NCBI RefSeq assembly: GCF_006345805.1
Contig: NC_042998.1
Location: forward strand, 81,530,001 to 81,594,000
Direction of reading: 5' to 3'
DNA: 64,000 nt
Source: Octopus sinensis
Taxonomy: Eukaryota
The position numbers and the translations under genes are program-made. How positions within the stretch are numbered: position 1 is the first letter of the stretch; every line of letters starts with the position of its first letter. Below are positions 24,034 to 38,272 of this stretch, piece after piece. The notes beneath the pieces are model-generated. The model was not told where the DNA came from. It did no database searches and saw nothing but the letters and a program-made list of their open reading frames with translations.

Positions 24034-25652
24034 TTATTCTTAGTGCAAGTTTGTTCTTTTGGTGAGTTAAAGTTTATTTGAAGTTTGATTATTGGTTGAA
24101 GTTGCTGTTATTTGAATTATTGTTGTTTTGTGCTGCTTTAGCAGCGATGTCAAGTTGTGCTTTCTCTCGATAAAATCGAGAGATAGCTATGGCTAAAAGT
24201 TATTTCTATTCAGACCTTAGTGGTTCCGAATTGTCCTCTTCGGAGGAGGAAATGGTTCTTGCAATCGAAAAGAAGTACTGTAAAAGAAGAGGTTCGCTGA
24301 AGTGGCAGAAGTAAAGAAGAAAGAAGTCAACGTAGCAAATATCAAAAGAGACGAAAACAATGTCATGCAAGGTGGGTGGTGACGTTAGGCTGTTACCACA
24401 CCAGAAGAAAATAGAAGAAATTAATAGAAAGACTGTGATACACAAAGTCTACTCGGTACAGGAAAGAAAAATCGAACATATGGAAGAAGGAATTTTAGAA
24501 AAGACATTATGTTCAGTCTTGCCAGACATTCCGTACTTGGCAGAGGGAATAAGTACAGAACTATCATATCCACTACAATACAGAAGAAAAAGCAAGAGAA
24601 AACGCGATAAAAACAATAAAGATGGATAAAGTGATCCTTCTACCAACTTATATGGGAAGAAAGACGTCAAAGATAAGGGTGGAGGGAAATCCACCGGAAA
24701 TTGATGTGGCTTGGGTCGTGGCAGCTGTTCTCCTGGGAAGTGGAGAAGAAGTAGCCGTCCTCCAAGCCACAAAAACGGACTGCTCGGTTTGGAGCGGCCA
24801 AACTTTGGAACTAATCGTTCAGGCTGAAGAGGAGACAGTAGAAAACTTTGCAGAGACAGTATGGAAAGGAGACCTAGAGTTGAAAGTGTGGGTGGAGGGC
24901 AGGACTCTGCGTTGTTTTAAATGTGGCCAAAAAGGCCACATTAGAGCACACTGCTCTCAGCAGAAGCAGACGGAAGAAAGGATACCGGAAAAGAAGGAAG
25001 TGGAAAAAGAAAAACAGGAAGAGAAGACGAATGGAAGGTTGCTGAAGGAAAAAGGAAGAGAAAAAAGGAACCGTATATTGTGGAACCCAAACCATACCCG
25101 CGCCACCCATACCCTCTGCGAACAACCCCTACAAAACCGACCCTTCCCCTTACTATACTAGCAAAAAAGAAAAAAGAAACCCATGCAAAACAAAGAACAA
25201 AGAGTCCCATTCTCCACGTAGTGAATTACGTTTATATGTCGACAAACAAGGAAAACACGGAACTAATTCAAAGAGTAACAAGCTGGGAAACACTAGGATG
25301 GCACATGTGTGTCCTGATCTCAGAAGCGCAAATGGAGGAGGTCAAGAAATATAAAAAGGGTGTGAAAATGTGGAAAATACACGAGGACATAAAAAATATA
25401 CCAGTCAATATTGAATGTAAGTTTCTGCTGGAAAAGTTTGGAATCGACGTGGAGAAAGGATTCCAAAGGAGTAAGTGACGCTGCTTGTGGTGGGGTAGGC
25501 ACAGCAGCTCATTTCCATCTTTCATTTCATTTTCATTTCATATTATCATTTTTATAATTTTATTTGTAATTTTATTTTAAGTTTTGTGTTATATATCCCC
25601 ACATGTATTTGTGTTGTCCCATCTACGTTGGCCCCTTGTGGGCAATAAAATA
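24034..25652 (+). mobile_element. ORF1-only (HAL1-like) non-LTR retroelement, copy 2, frameshifted
   Basis: 24622-25161 contains CFKCGQKGHIRAHC, a perfect CX2CX4HX4C knuckle. Colinear with copy 1 at protein level, with the same 5' motif and 3' tail. Confidence 0.8.
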
Positions 25653-25738
25653 TCAGCTTGTTCTTAGTGCAAATTTTGAAGTTCGATTTTAACCATTATT
25701 TTTTCAAAGCTATAACGAAAGTGGCAAAGGAGCATATT

Positions 25739-25850
<112 letters not shown>

Positions 25851-26226
25851 ATATATGTGCGTATATACATACATATATGTACATACTTACATATATATAT
25901 GTATATGCATATGCATATATGGATACATGACGTTATAAAACGTAAGCAACATAAAATACGAAATACGAAATACGAAAACATGGAGTACGAACTTTTTTTG
26001 CGGACAATGAAAGAAACAAATGGAAAACAAGACAAGTAACATAAGGAACGACCCTTCATCAGTTCTGTGCTGTTTTATCTACATGTATCCACATTTAGAG
26101 CAATTACGACAAGTTGTATCTTCGAAAAACAGTTGCTCCCGCAAAGCAAAATATAATTTGGAATTTGCGGAGGGTCAAAGTTGGTATAAAAAACAGCAGA
26201 ATGGCCTGCTAAGCCATATATATATA

Positions 26227-26290
<64 letters not shown>

Positions 26291-26399
26291 GGCGCCTGGT
26301 TCTGTGGTCAGAAGGACGGTTTCACAGTTATGAGATTTTGAGTTTTATGTTGTGTTCTTAAAAGCGACGCTTTATTTTGCGTTGCCCCAGTTCCCTCAC

Positions 26400-26832
26400 A
26401 TGTACAAATGAGTTACGACGTCCCTGGTGTTGTTTCCCGGTGAACATACGTCCTTGACAAGAAAGTTTGTATCGCGGAAATGATTCCCTTGCTGCAGAGA
26501 GAGAAAATAGTTGATTCTCCAGCCATTACTAATCGTCTAGAGAGCTCAGATAAAAGAATTATATACCAGTATTCTGTTGTGCGTTCCTTCTCGAGCCTTG
26601 CTTGGCTTATAAAGACAGGTTTTCCGGCTTCATTGGTGATGTGTCGCACGTGCGCTGCTAGATTCAGGAGGAAAGAGTGAGAGAAAGTTGTGGTGAAAGA
26701 GTCAGCAATAGTTCGCCATTACCTTCTGCCAGAGCCGTGCGGAGCTTAGGTGTTTCGCTCATAAACACGAACATCGCCTGGTCTGAGATTCGAACCCGCG
26801 ATCCGACGACCGCGAGTTCACTGCTCTAACCA
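26400..26832 (-). mobile_element. SINE family C
   Basis: Homologous to 8470-8738. Head ggcacatggcttagtggttag...gggttcgaatc. Confidence 0.75.
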
Positions 26833-28369
26833 CTAAGCCATGTGCCTTCACAAGGAGCAACATAATCAGGCGCATAAGGTTATACGTAAGGCCTTTAACA
26901 AAATTTAGCAGACAGAAGTAGAGAGGATATTTATAAGAAGACATTAACCTTAATTCATTGGTCTAGATTTTTCCCTGCGAATCAATCTTAACTACATGTT
27001 AATGGTACAAGTCTTTGATGGAATACTCAGCCATAGTAACTACAATTCAAAGAACAGGTAGTCTTTTGGAAACACCAATTTCGATACATTTAATCAAAAG
27101 CTAGAAAAGTTCCATTTTTTTTTTTTGAGAATTATACTGAAAAGAAATCTTTGTTATGTGACAGATAATGAGATAAAGTTTGATGCTAGGTATCTATCGT
27201 TGGTAAATTCTGTTTGTCAAAAGTTTAGCATCTAATTATCATTGCAACCGTAATTTACCGATTCCTTTCACTGGCACCGTGATTTTAGGATTGTGTTATC
27301 GAGTATTTTTTATCAATCTTTAAGATGGCAGAGTGAAATTTGAAGGAGATTTGTCTTCTATATCAAGTAGTTCGAGTAACCAAGTACAGGATTCTTCGTT
27401 AGCTCGATCTAGTGCTATGTAAGAATCGCCGATAGCTTCAATAACTGCTGCAGAGAGCAGCCGCAGGACTATGTAATTAACGAGTGCTTTGCTTTTTCAG
27501 ATGCCTGCATTCATTCCGTTATTAGAAAGCTTTGATAAGTACCGGCATATATATGGTTTCAGATAATACCCTTTTATCTAGACTTCTGTGACGTAAGTAA
27601 AACTACGATGTATAAAGAAGTATATAAATAGGTTTTAGAAATATTTGTTCCTTGGTGCACGTAGATGACATAGTAATAATTGCTAGTATATTTGTAAGTT
27701 TCTTTGAATTACTTTATTCATTTAGGTGGTTTGATTAAAATAATGTTTCACTCAAGAACCACATCACCATTTCTGTCTTCAATCTGTGTATATAACAGCC
27801 TCCCTAGCTCACTGATTCTCACGTACACTTCACTGGAGACTATCGTACACATAAATTTTACTTAAATCAATGAACTGTAATGCCCTTTGATATCTTTTTA
27901 CAGCAACGCTGACTGACCGAATTGACACTTATTATTATTGATTAGTGACATATCAAACATACAGTCGGCACTCTAATGTGTTACTCATTCGGCTAATTAC
28001 ATAGAATTTGTAAAATATATATTCTAAGGATAGATCCGAAGTTGAATTTAAAAATGTAAGGAACAATTCACCTATGATTTTCATTATACTATTTTACTGG
28101 GAAAGAATGGACTGACAAAATCATGAGCACAATGCGTGAGTGCTTCTGCAGAGTAACGTCTATGGGAAAATTGTGGAAAAAAATGAACATTAATGGCGTT
28201 TGCAGTTGTGGCGGGGATGAGAGAATGGGTTGAATCTTTAGCAGGAGGTTTAAGAGTGAAATAAATTACGAACAACGACAGCAGAAAATATGGTAGCGCT
28301 ATGATGGCATGACTGAGCCTGTAAGTAGGTTGCTAATTTGAAATTGCAGAAGCCATTAGAAAAGTGGTG

Positions 28370-28648
28370 AATGTATGTATGTATGCATGTATGTATGTAT
28401 GTATGTATGTATGTATGTATGTATGTATGTATGTATGTATGTATGTATGTATGTATGTATGTATGCATGCATGCATGTATGTATGTGCGTATGTATGTAT
28501 GTATGTATGTATGTATGTATGTATGTATGTATGTATGTATGTATGTATGTATGTATGTATGTGTGTGTGTGTATGTATGTATGCATGCATGCATGTATGT
28601 ATGTGCGTATGTATGTATGTATGTATGTATGTATGTATGTATGTATGT
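28370..28648. repeat. (TATG)n microsatellite with higher-order duplication
   Basis: Direct reading. The gcatgcatgc...gtgcgt interruption pattern recurs about 118 bp apart. Confidence 0.9.
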
Positions 28649-29885
28649 CATTATTCAGTTTATTTCGAGATCTCTTACCAATAGAGAAGGAACCGGTTTC
28701 CAACCTAGATCGAAGGCTCCTTCATTGGAGTTTCAACATCAACAACAGGGGTATTTTTGTATGTATGTACGTACGTATGTATATAGGTATGTATGTATAT
28801 GCAGATTTATGCTTTATGTATGTATTTATGTATATATGTATACATATATACAGACATGGCCGTTGTCAAATGACTGAAACAAGCTAAAAGATTATATATA
28901 TGCGTGTATTTGCATGTTTGTATATAGAAATACATATATACATGTATACACACACACACACACACGCGCGCGCGTTTTATAGTAAACTAATTGAAGAGGC
29001 AAAAATTGCCTCCACTAATTTTTTTTCTTACATTATCCACATATTGGTTTCCTCTCGAGAAATTTACTGTTTCCGTATCCGATGCAGCTTCCTGAGGCTG
29101 CTAAAATCGGTCGTTGTCATCGCATGTGACGATTTTCGAGTCGATACCACTTTTCAAAAAAGCAACACAAAACGCTAGTTAGCTAACTATCTAACACGTT
29201 TCCAAGCCTTCGAACATCACAAGAACAACACTCTTAGAATAGCAATATCCAGAACAGAATACCGGAAGTATCTCTCTTTTCACACGTCTTTTACGATGTA
29301 CGCACAGAGATTCATGCACAGATTTCATCACACTACATGCTCTCACTATTTTCTAGACTCTGCCTCACTACAATTTCAAACATACGTAAACCACGTATAC
29401 ATTTAGGTGATTTATATATCAAATCAGTAGACAAAATAGCACCTTCCAAATCATATGGCTTCCTTGTTATCTTCAACACCAGATGGTAACGTCATTACAA
29501 CCAACCTAGACACTTAACAACATAAAAATACCTTACACACACAATCGCATACACACATACACAAAAACAGATGCATACACACACAAGAGAAAAGTAGAGC
29601 TACATACTCTATATGACTAACGTTTCCAGTACCCATACAAGACATAATATACACAAAAATAATTATTACTGATGTCTTCCCATCATTCAATAAAGACAAG
29701 AAGTAATATATACAAAACTAGACCAAAAACAGGTCTTCATTCCGCCATCAGGAACAAACAAATGGTGTACAAAACAATGCATTTCAAGCACTGTGGACGA
29801 AAGGAGTACTTCCTGGTCCGGAACAAAACCAGAATATACCGCCCCGTACACCAGATTGCGCACTACACATAACCATATGTTATTT

Positions 29886-30210
29886 CTTCTGACGTCCAGA
29901 CATATATACAACTTTGCCACATACATACGTATATACAACCTTCCTACATCCAGACGTATATACACCTTTCTGACGTCCAGACGTACATGCAACTTTCGGA
30001 CATCCAGACGTATATACAAATTTCTGACATCCAGACGTATATACAACTTTCTGATATCCAGGTGTATAAACAATTATCTGATATCCAGACGTATATACAT
30101 ATTTCTGACACTCATATGTACAAAAATATATTCCGACAATCAGACGCATATATAGAACTTTATGACATCCACTTGTATATACAACATTCCGACATCCAGA
30201 TGTATATACA
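29886..30210. repeat. 27-bp minisatellite, about 12 diverged copies
   Basis: Consensus ttctgacatccagacgtatatacaact. Confidence 0.9.
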
Positions 30211-30849
30211 AAAAGCCGGTAGGATAATACCGCAGAGGCATCTTAAGAATTATCTTTCATTCAGCCTTAAGAAAGATGAGAAGTGTTATTTAAGCATAAA
30301 TATACCTGCAACATTAAGTAAGTGATTCGTGCACCACGAGCACAGTGCGTATGGGAGAATAATTCTTTTCAACAGTTTGCCTCCATTTTGAATTCAATAG
30401 GAAATAAATTATGGAGAAAAGCACAAAATTTGCTGTCGGTTATGTGGCATGTTACGTGGGTCACCACCGCTTGACAGTATGTGCAGTAATAAATCTAAGA
30501 ATGTTGTCTCATGTTCCAGTTGTGAAAATATGTTTCACAAGCGGCACCTCGCCGTTCAGAGGAATACTTCAAGCCAGGAGTTTGCTCGATAACAGATGAA
30601 GGAATTTTACGCAACAACAAAAACAACAACCATAATAACAAGAGCTAATACATCAGCTGCAATTGTAGTCCCAATAGAACTCTTGGTAAAATCATTCATT
30701 CTAAGCTCAGAATTTTTGCCCATGATCTCAATGTAGCACCTATAATAAGGTATGTATCTCTGACATATTAGCAAGGTATATGATACACCATTATTTTCCC
30801 GTAAACATATTGACCAAGGGATAGGTTAAAAATTCAATATCAACTTGCC

Positions 30850-30974
30850 CTTCAGGAATCTTTCTCTTCAGGAATCTTTCTCTTCAGGAATCTTTCTCTT
30901 CAGGAATCTTTCTCTTCAGGAATCTTTCTCTTCAGGAATCTTTCTCTTCAGGAATCTTTCTCTTCAGGAATCTT
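30850..30974. repeat. 16-bp perfect minisatellite, about 7.7 copies
   Basis: (ttcaggaatctttctc)n. Confidence 0.95.
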
Positions 30975-31600
30975 CTAGAAACAATGAATTTTATTTGGAG
31001 ACAATAAACTGCAGCTTTCATATGAATTTCTTTCCATTATTTCCAAAGAATAAAACAAATTACCTTTATCCTTGTCTTCTATGCTATTTGATTAGAATCT
31101 TTTGTCTTTTTTTTGTCTCACAGTATTTTTGTCGATGTAATTACTGTTGATATTTAATTAATTTTTCAGTTTGTTTGCTTATGATTATTAGATGACATTC
31201 AAACATACCAACAAATGATGCAGACACACATACACACAAACACACACACACACACACACAAACATATACACACATGCAAAGACACATAATATATATAAGT
31301 ATTATCGTTATCTTTATATACAAGTAAATGAATATATGTGAAAACACACACACACATACATACACACAAAAAGCACGTACTCACACACACATACATGCAT
31401 ACATGTAGGCTCAATTCACGCTAGACAGTAAATATTATTTGGAGGCACATATACGTTTCTAATATATATACGTACACACACACACATATATATATATATA
31501 CATACACATGTGTGTGTATATATATATGTATGTATATATATATATATTTATACATACACATATACACGAACATACATGTATACATATGCATGTGTGTATG

Positions 31601-31662
<62 letters not shown>

Positions 31663-32780
31663 CGTATACATATACACACATACATGCATAAATATCTTTT
31701 TAAGTGTGTATATATATATATATTATATATATATATATATATATTGTGTGTATATGTATGTGTGTTTTTAATTACCTCCAAGTGCAGACTGTCTGTTCGG
31801 TGTATTGTATCTCGTTTACTTAGTGTGCTAGATATATCATATATTATGATTCTATATTATAGTATATTTTATTATGTTATACTGAAATTGTTCAAGATGC
31901 AAGATGGTTAGATGATAATTGTTTTCATAAGCAGTGCGTCTTCTTGGCTTCAAATAGAGGCAAAGTGCTGTAAAATGTTATAACGTTAAACGTTTTGTCT
32001 AAAATGAAATGAAAGAATGAAAGTTGAAGTTTGAATGATTCTAAACTTTCACCGCTCCTGTGAACGTGGATATTAACCGTTAAATTTGTTTTTGAATATA
32101 TACTTCAAAATTTCCCTTATGTACTTATATTCTTCAATTCCAGGCTTCATCAATTCTTACCATCCTGCGTGTATACGCCCGATTTTCTAGCAAAACAACG
32201 ACGATTCATAACCCCCGAGCTTATTTCATGATCTTGTCCTTCATTTAAAATATTTCACCAAACATTGTCTTGTTCTTACTAATTTCGTAAATCTTTCTTC
32301 GTTACACATACATAATCCCGCTCCCACACACATACATCTAGCCGAGGTTGTGATTACTCGTTCCTTTCATTTTGCTTCCGCAGGCCTCTAACAATATCCG
32401 GTTTGGGCGAATGACGGAATTGTAAAACGTCGCCCTTATTTGCATTCTTTAGACGTTGATTTGTTTTCTCAGAAAAAAAAAAAAAACACTCTAAATATAT
32501 TTTGTGTAATTTCGCATTTAATTTTGGCCCCATTTCTGAGTTTTGTGGAGAAGTTTTGAAAACCCGGTAAGATTTTTAAAAGGCGTTAAACAGTTAGGGT
32601 ATTGATTTCTTGATGGCGGTGGTACAATATGGCACTGTATAGTAGCGTCTGTTTGTGGGGTTGATATACCTTTTAATCCCAGATATGCCCTCCAGTGTAT
32701 CCAACACCCCCCCCCCACAGAGGCATACACAGAGGCAGACAGATACAGAAACAAAAATTGATTGACAAATACACAGGCAG

Positions 32781-32811
<31 letters not shown>

Positions 32812-33041
32812 GGCATACACAGAGGCAGACAGACACAGAAACATTGATCGACACAAACACAGGCAGATACACACACACACACAACACGCATACACAGACG
32901 CAGAGACACACATAGAGGAAGACTGTCACACTCAAACATACACACATACACAGAGGAAGACAGACAGAGAAACAAACTTTGATTCACACAAACACGGGCA
33001 GGCACACAGACACAGAGGCCGACACACATAGAGACAGACTG

Positions 33042-33087
<46 letters not shown>

Positions 33088-33749
33088 GCACAAATGACAC
33101 AGCATACGTTTTGTATCTTCACTCAGGGAAGTAGAATGCCAGTTCTTTAAACCTCTCTCAGTAGCTTGTCTGTTGCATCGAGGTAATCATCTTGGTATAA
33201 CAGCGTTGGGTAGCCTATAGTTCTGCTGCTATTTCGACGTTATGAAGTATCCACAGTCCTCCCAGGCAACTGAGGACAAATATTTCCCACAGGAACAACA
33301 TGGTTTCCTTTTGTCATGTTCTCAATGACCTCAGAATCGAAGTAACCATTCCCCCAATTCGTTGGTTCCATTATAGTAATATGCACACAAAATGATATGT
33401 CATTATTAATCTAAATCCTATTCAATCACATAAAATGTTTGCCTTTGGGATCGCATTAAATTCTGTTCCTGTGAATTCTTATTCCAATATGTTTGTTGGT
33501 TGATAGTGGTGGTTTAAAATTTTCCAGCATTGAATTACATATTTGCTTGTGTTTACTTGTATATTGCATTTAGGTCGTTCGTATATGAAAAGATTGGCTA
33601 CTACTCTTATTGGGATTTAGACAAATCTGTTGTGATCTCAAAAAAGGTCGAAAATCAATTAAAGCTGCTCATTTCTTTCAACCTACTGAGAGATAGATAA
33701 TTTTGAATTGTTTTATGTTTACAATGTAACTATATTTTTGTATATATTA

Positions 33750-33929
33750 GTTTCAAATTTTGGCACAACGCCAGCAGTTTTGGGGAAGGAAATAAGTCGA
33801 TTACATTGACCCCAAAAGATGAGGGGCAAAATCGGCCCTGGCCGCATTTCAACTCAGAACGTAAAGACGGATGACATGCCGCTAAGAATTTTGCCAAGCG
33901 CGCTAATGATGTTGCCAGCTCGCCGCCTT
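33750..33929 (-). mobile_element. SINE family A, diverged
   Basis: Ends gccagctcgccgcctt, as at 4314-4328. Confidence 0.75.
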
Positions 33930-35226
33930 AAACAACGTTACATACATTACAACATAACTTAGTATAGTGTGGACGAGATTTCACGTTGAAAACCCTCTGA
34001 TACCAAATAAACATTTATAGAATACAAATTCGTAGTTCTACTTCTCTGGAACTACTAGTTTTGTTGTTTATATAATCTGATTGGGTAATTGATTCTCCGT
34101 GATTGGTCAAATGATGTAAACATCCCTGATGAGATCCCAATTAGTTTCGAAAATCTTTAGAGTCTGTTCATCATTATTTTCGATTGCAGGAGAAAGAGGA
34201 AAATATGACGTTTGTATGTCGTCTATATAGGTTTCTACACGCACACGCACATGGCACATGCGCGCGTACACACGCATCCCATACGTGACACCCCCTCATA
34301 CATATGTGTGTGTGCGCGCAGGAGTAAATTGGGTGGAAAGGGTGTTTTAGTCATTTACAATCATACACAAATATGTATTTATAATCACTTTTCATTTATT
34401 TCATGAAGGTTTTATAGTTTCGTCACTACACTATAATCTGGTTACTTATATAATTCCATTGTAGCTATTTTAAACTTAGCAATTGACAAGTTCCCAGTTA
34501 TTTTTCCCTTGTGAATTTACGGGAATATGGTTTTCTTGTATAGATTGGTTTGATCTCTTGACACCGGATATCGTTAGTCACTTCTAAGTTCCATTCTCCA
34601 GCTGTTTCTGCCATTTTATAAACTTGCACAGATCATTATAACAATAACACGCTTATTTACAGTTTCTTTCTGCTTTTTTATTTTTATCCCATTTTCTTTT
34701 TAACTCCATGTTTTTCCTCATAACATTTGACTTCGAAAGTTTGTTCAATGCTTATTAATAAACATTATTTTTGATATGTCTTTTTATTTATTATGGAGAT
34801 ATATGTTGATTCTTACTGCGTAGGTTTATTTCCAGCCGTGTTGTTTTTAAAAATGAAGCATCAGCAGATCTATACTTAGAAATAATAACAGTCAAACGTA
34901 AATATCTGTTATATAATCAGAGCCATACTTATACATATATTTATGATATTATCACACTCCAAAATATACAAGCACGCAACACTAGCCAACGCAAATGGCC
35001 ACACATACATGCGTAAAAATATATACAAGTATTGTTTTAGTAATCACATGATGGATGTCTCGATGATCTGCGGTCTGGACAAATTAACGGGAGCATTTGA
35101 TCGGAACACTTGTAATGTTCATGCCCACGCTGGAATAAGGAAAACGGAAACTCTCGATTTATATCATATATAAAGTAGTATGGTTAATGAAATCCGCTTT
35201 GTCTGAGATGTACCATGAAGGATGTT

Positions 35227-35275
<49 letters not shown>

Positions 35276-36146
35276 CGAGAGAGAGATAGAGATAGATAGA
35301 TAGATAGAGAGAGAGAGATAGATAGATAGAGAGAGATAGAGAGAGAGTCAGAGAGACACACAGATACACACACATATATACACATATATACATATACATA
35401 CATATATATATAAATGTGTGTATATGTGTGTAAAAATGTAATTATGTTTAAAATCTGATGTAAGTATGAACAGATATGTGCATTTCTGGGTTTGACTTGT
35501 GAGGTGGGTTTATTGTTTACAGAGGCAGACTGATTCTGTTAACTGTCGCTGTATCTGTATCAATCCACATTCACGGGTGCAAGCATAGTCTCAACCGAGA
35601 ATTAAAATAGAGTAATACAATTGCACCAAACAAATGAACGCATTTTCTCTTCCTTATTAAATACCTTCCTGTATTTCGTCAATGTTTTTCTGGTGTTCAC
35701 AAACACAACGCACTTGGTACACGCACAGACACACACATACGCACATATACACATGGACGTAAGCATTTTTATATAATTTTTGGTAATGCGTGCCTTACAA
35801 CGCCGCTTTATGTTGCAGTACAACATGCGTTACAGAGGTTTCTAGAGAGGAGATGCATAACATAGTTAACGTGAGCTTGATACGCTGATACGATTATATA
35901 CTGTGATTAGAGCATTTTCTGCGTGATACTAGATGAGATAATCTGCATCAACCATATAGGGAATGTGTCCATCACCTGTCCGATCAAACAACTTAAAAGA
36001 ACGCCGCTTCTGGGCTCTGAAGTGAGGCTTCGAAATTTAGTTAAGAACAAACTACACCCCGCATTATATAAAACCTAAGGTCACAATGTAGACATACATA
36101 CATACATACATACATACATACATACATACATACATACATACATACA

Positions 36147-36179
<33 letters not shown>

Positions 36180-36385
36180 GTGTGTATGTATGTATGTATA
36201 TGTACATATATATGTATGTATATATATATGCATATGTATAAATATGTATAAGCATAAATATATATATATATACATTTCCACATAGATATGTATGTATGTA
36301 TATATATATATATATATAAGTATATTTATATTTAAATATTTAACTGTGTATATATATACACATATATATATATACATACATTTTC

Positions 36386-36420
<35 letters not shown>

Positions 36421-38177
36421 ACACTTATATATGCAGAGGTAGGTTCGTCTGTGTATGTAGTAATCTTATTACATAAACGCACGCACACACAGGCACGTGT
36501 ATACATACATACATACATACATATATATAAAAAATAAATTACACACAAATACATACGAAATAATGCACAAAACTTGGTTGATTGTGCAATACACCGCTAG
36601 CATTATCAATTATTGAAGAGCTGTCTTCTTTCAAGATAGTAAAATATTATAAAATAAATAAAAGAAATTATATCAGGCGGATGTAACAGACCATTATAAT
36701 AGTATTTTCCTGTAAATTTTATTTATCACCAGTGCACCTTCTCATTAGATATCGCAAGTGCTAATTACTTGAAATAGAGTAGCTTTGGTACTAGGTAATT
36801 ATTTCTTTGAATATGCGACAGATAATCAGTTACTAAGGTGCTTGAACGGGTAGCTGACGGTCACGTTGAAGATACCGTGGAGAGAGTTTGGTATGTGTTT
36901 GAGCTCGTTGGTTGTATTTGAAGAATTACACGCGGAAGATGAAAATCTACGCCTGCTTTTCACGGTTTGCGAGATAGACATACAAAATATCAATCAGAAA
37001 TGGCATAACACGCACATTCTTTAACGGAAAGTATACTTTTAATTCAACGTATAAGCATGTGTCATTTTGCTTTTAACCTTTTAATCGCGAAGGGAAGAAC
37101 TGAGACTAGACCCTGTCCAGAACAGTTGCAACAAAGCGATCTCTCCTGATTCATGCAAAGGCCATATTCTCCTCAACGTTATAACCTTTTAGAATTGTTG
37201 TTTCAATAATGAATTATTTATGTCGAGGAAAATTAAGCAAACATTTCATAATATTATTGCATTGATATTTTCTAAAGAGATGATGGTTCCTAGGGATAAT
37301 GAGACCTATTTCCATTGAAAGAGCTGAAGTTTGGTAATTAAGGAGAATTGGATGAACTTAATTTTCGCTTTGTTTCTCGATGTATATTTTGCGCTCATAT
37401 GGTTTATTGCACTGGAACTTGTACGCTGTGTCAAGCAGGATAGCCCAGCTCACTAAGAAATGGCTTGAGAGTAAGTTATGTCTGAAGGTCGGGCAGAGGT
37501 GGGGAATACCATATTGCCTAGAACATAATATATCTCATAACCGCTCTGCCTTGTCCTAGGTATTGTTTGACATGATCGGAAAATCTATTGTCCTGCATTC
37601 TTTAAAAGGAAAGCGTTTCATTAATTAGGCAGTCTCTTTTCTTTCACGCCATATGCAAGGCGGGTTCAACATGCCGCAACTATATACACGCAGACAATCT
37701 CTGAAACTGTGTTATCTACAGATATAATTGGACGGTAGGCGGCTGTTATTTCCATTAGTAACATGCGTCGGTAGAACGACTATGCGAAAGGAGAGGTGGC
37801 TAATGAATGACTCCTTTAATACACCGCCCGGTCGCTTACAATAAAAGCAAAAATGGATAAATGAGTATGAGTGCCAGAATGAAATGAAAGACGACACAAC
37901 CGTAGAATGTTAAGAGAAAGGTTTTATTTAGATGTTAGCAGAGTGCGTGTCTGTGTCTACGTCATAAGTACATATATAATAAGAACAATAATAGCAGGCC
38001 GTCAAGCATACATAATGTGTATGTATGTACAAACAAGGGTGTATGCGTGTGAGATAAAATTCAGAGCATAGAAAGAGTCTACAACAGGACGCTAGAAGAA
38101 GTTCAGACAAAATGAAGATAAATAAAAGTTCGTAGTAAGGTACACAATAGTTGAAGTGCCGTAACAAGAGGTTGTGA

Positions 38178-38272
38178 CTACAATTGCAGAGTGGTTGAAC
38201 ACGTGTCGTGTAAGCGGTTTTGGCTACAATTGCAGAGCGGTTGAACAGGTGTCGTGTAAGCGGTTGTGGCTA
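38178..38272. repeat. 46-bp tandem duplication
   Basis: ctacaattgcagag.ggttgaaca.gtgtcgtgtaagcggtt.tgg twice. Confidence 0.85.

Noticed and set aside
29886-30210. Regular 27-bp repeats as a possible CRISPR array
   Set aside because: The repeats are contiguous with no unique spacers, there are no cas genes, and the context is eukaryotic. It is a minisatellite.
30850-30974. Minus strand of the 16-bp repeat reads CUGAAGA-GAAA, like a hammerhead core
   Set aside because: No stem II can form between the core halves within or across units. Treated as coincidence.
34120-34170. CUGAUGA...GAAA...GUC hammerhead-like motif
   Set aside because: Stems I and II pair poorly and I saw no supporting repeat structure.
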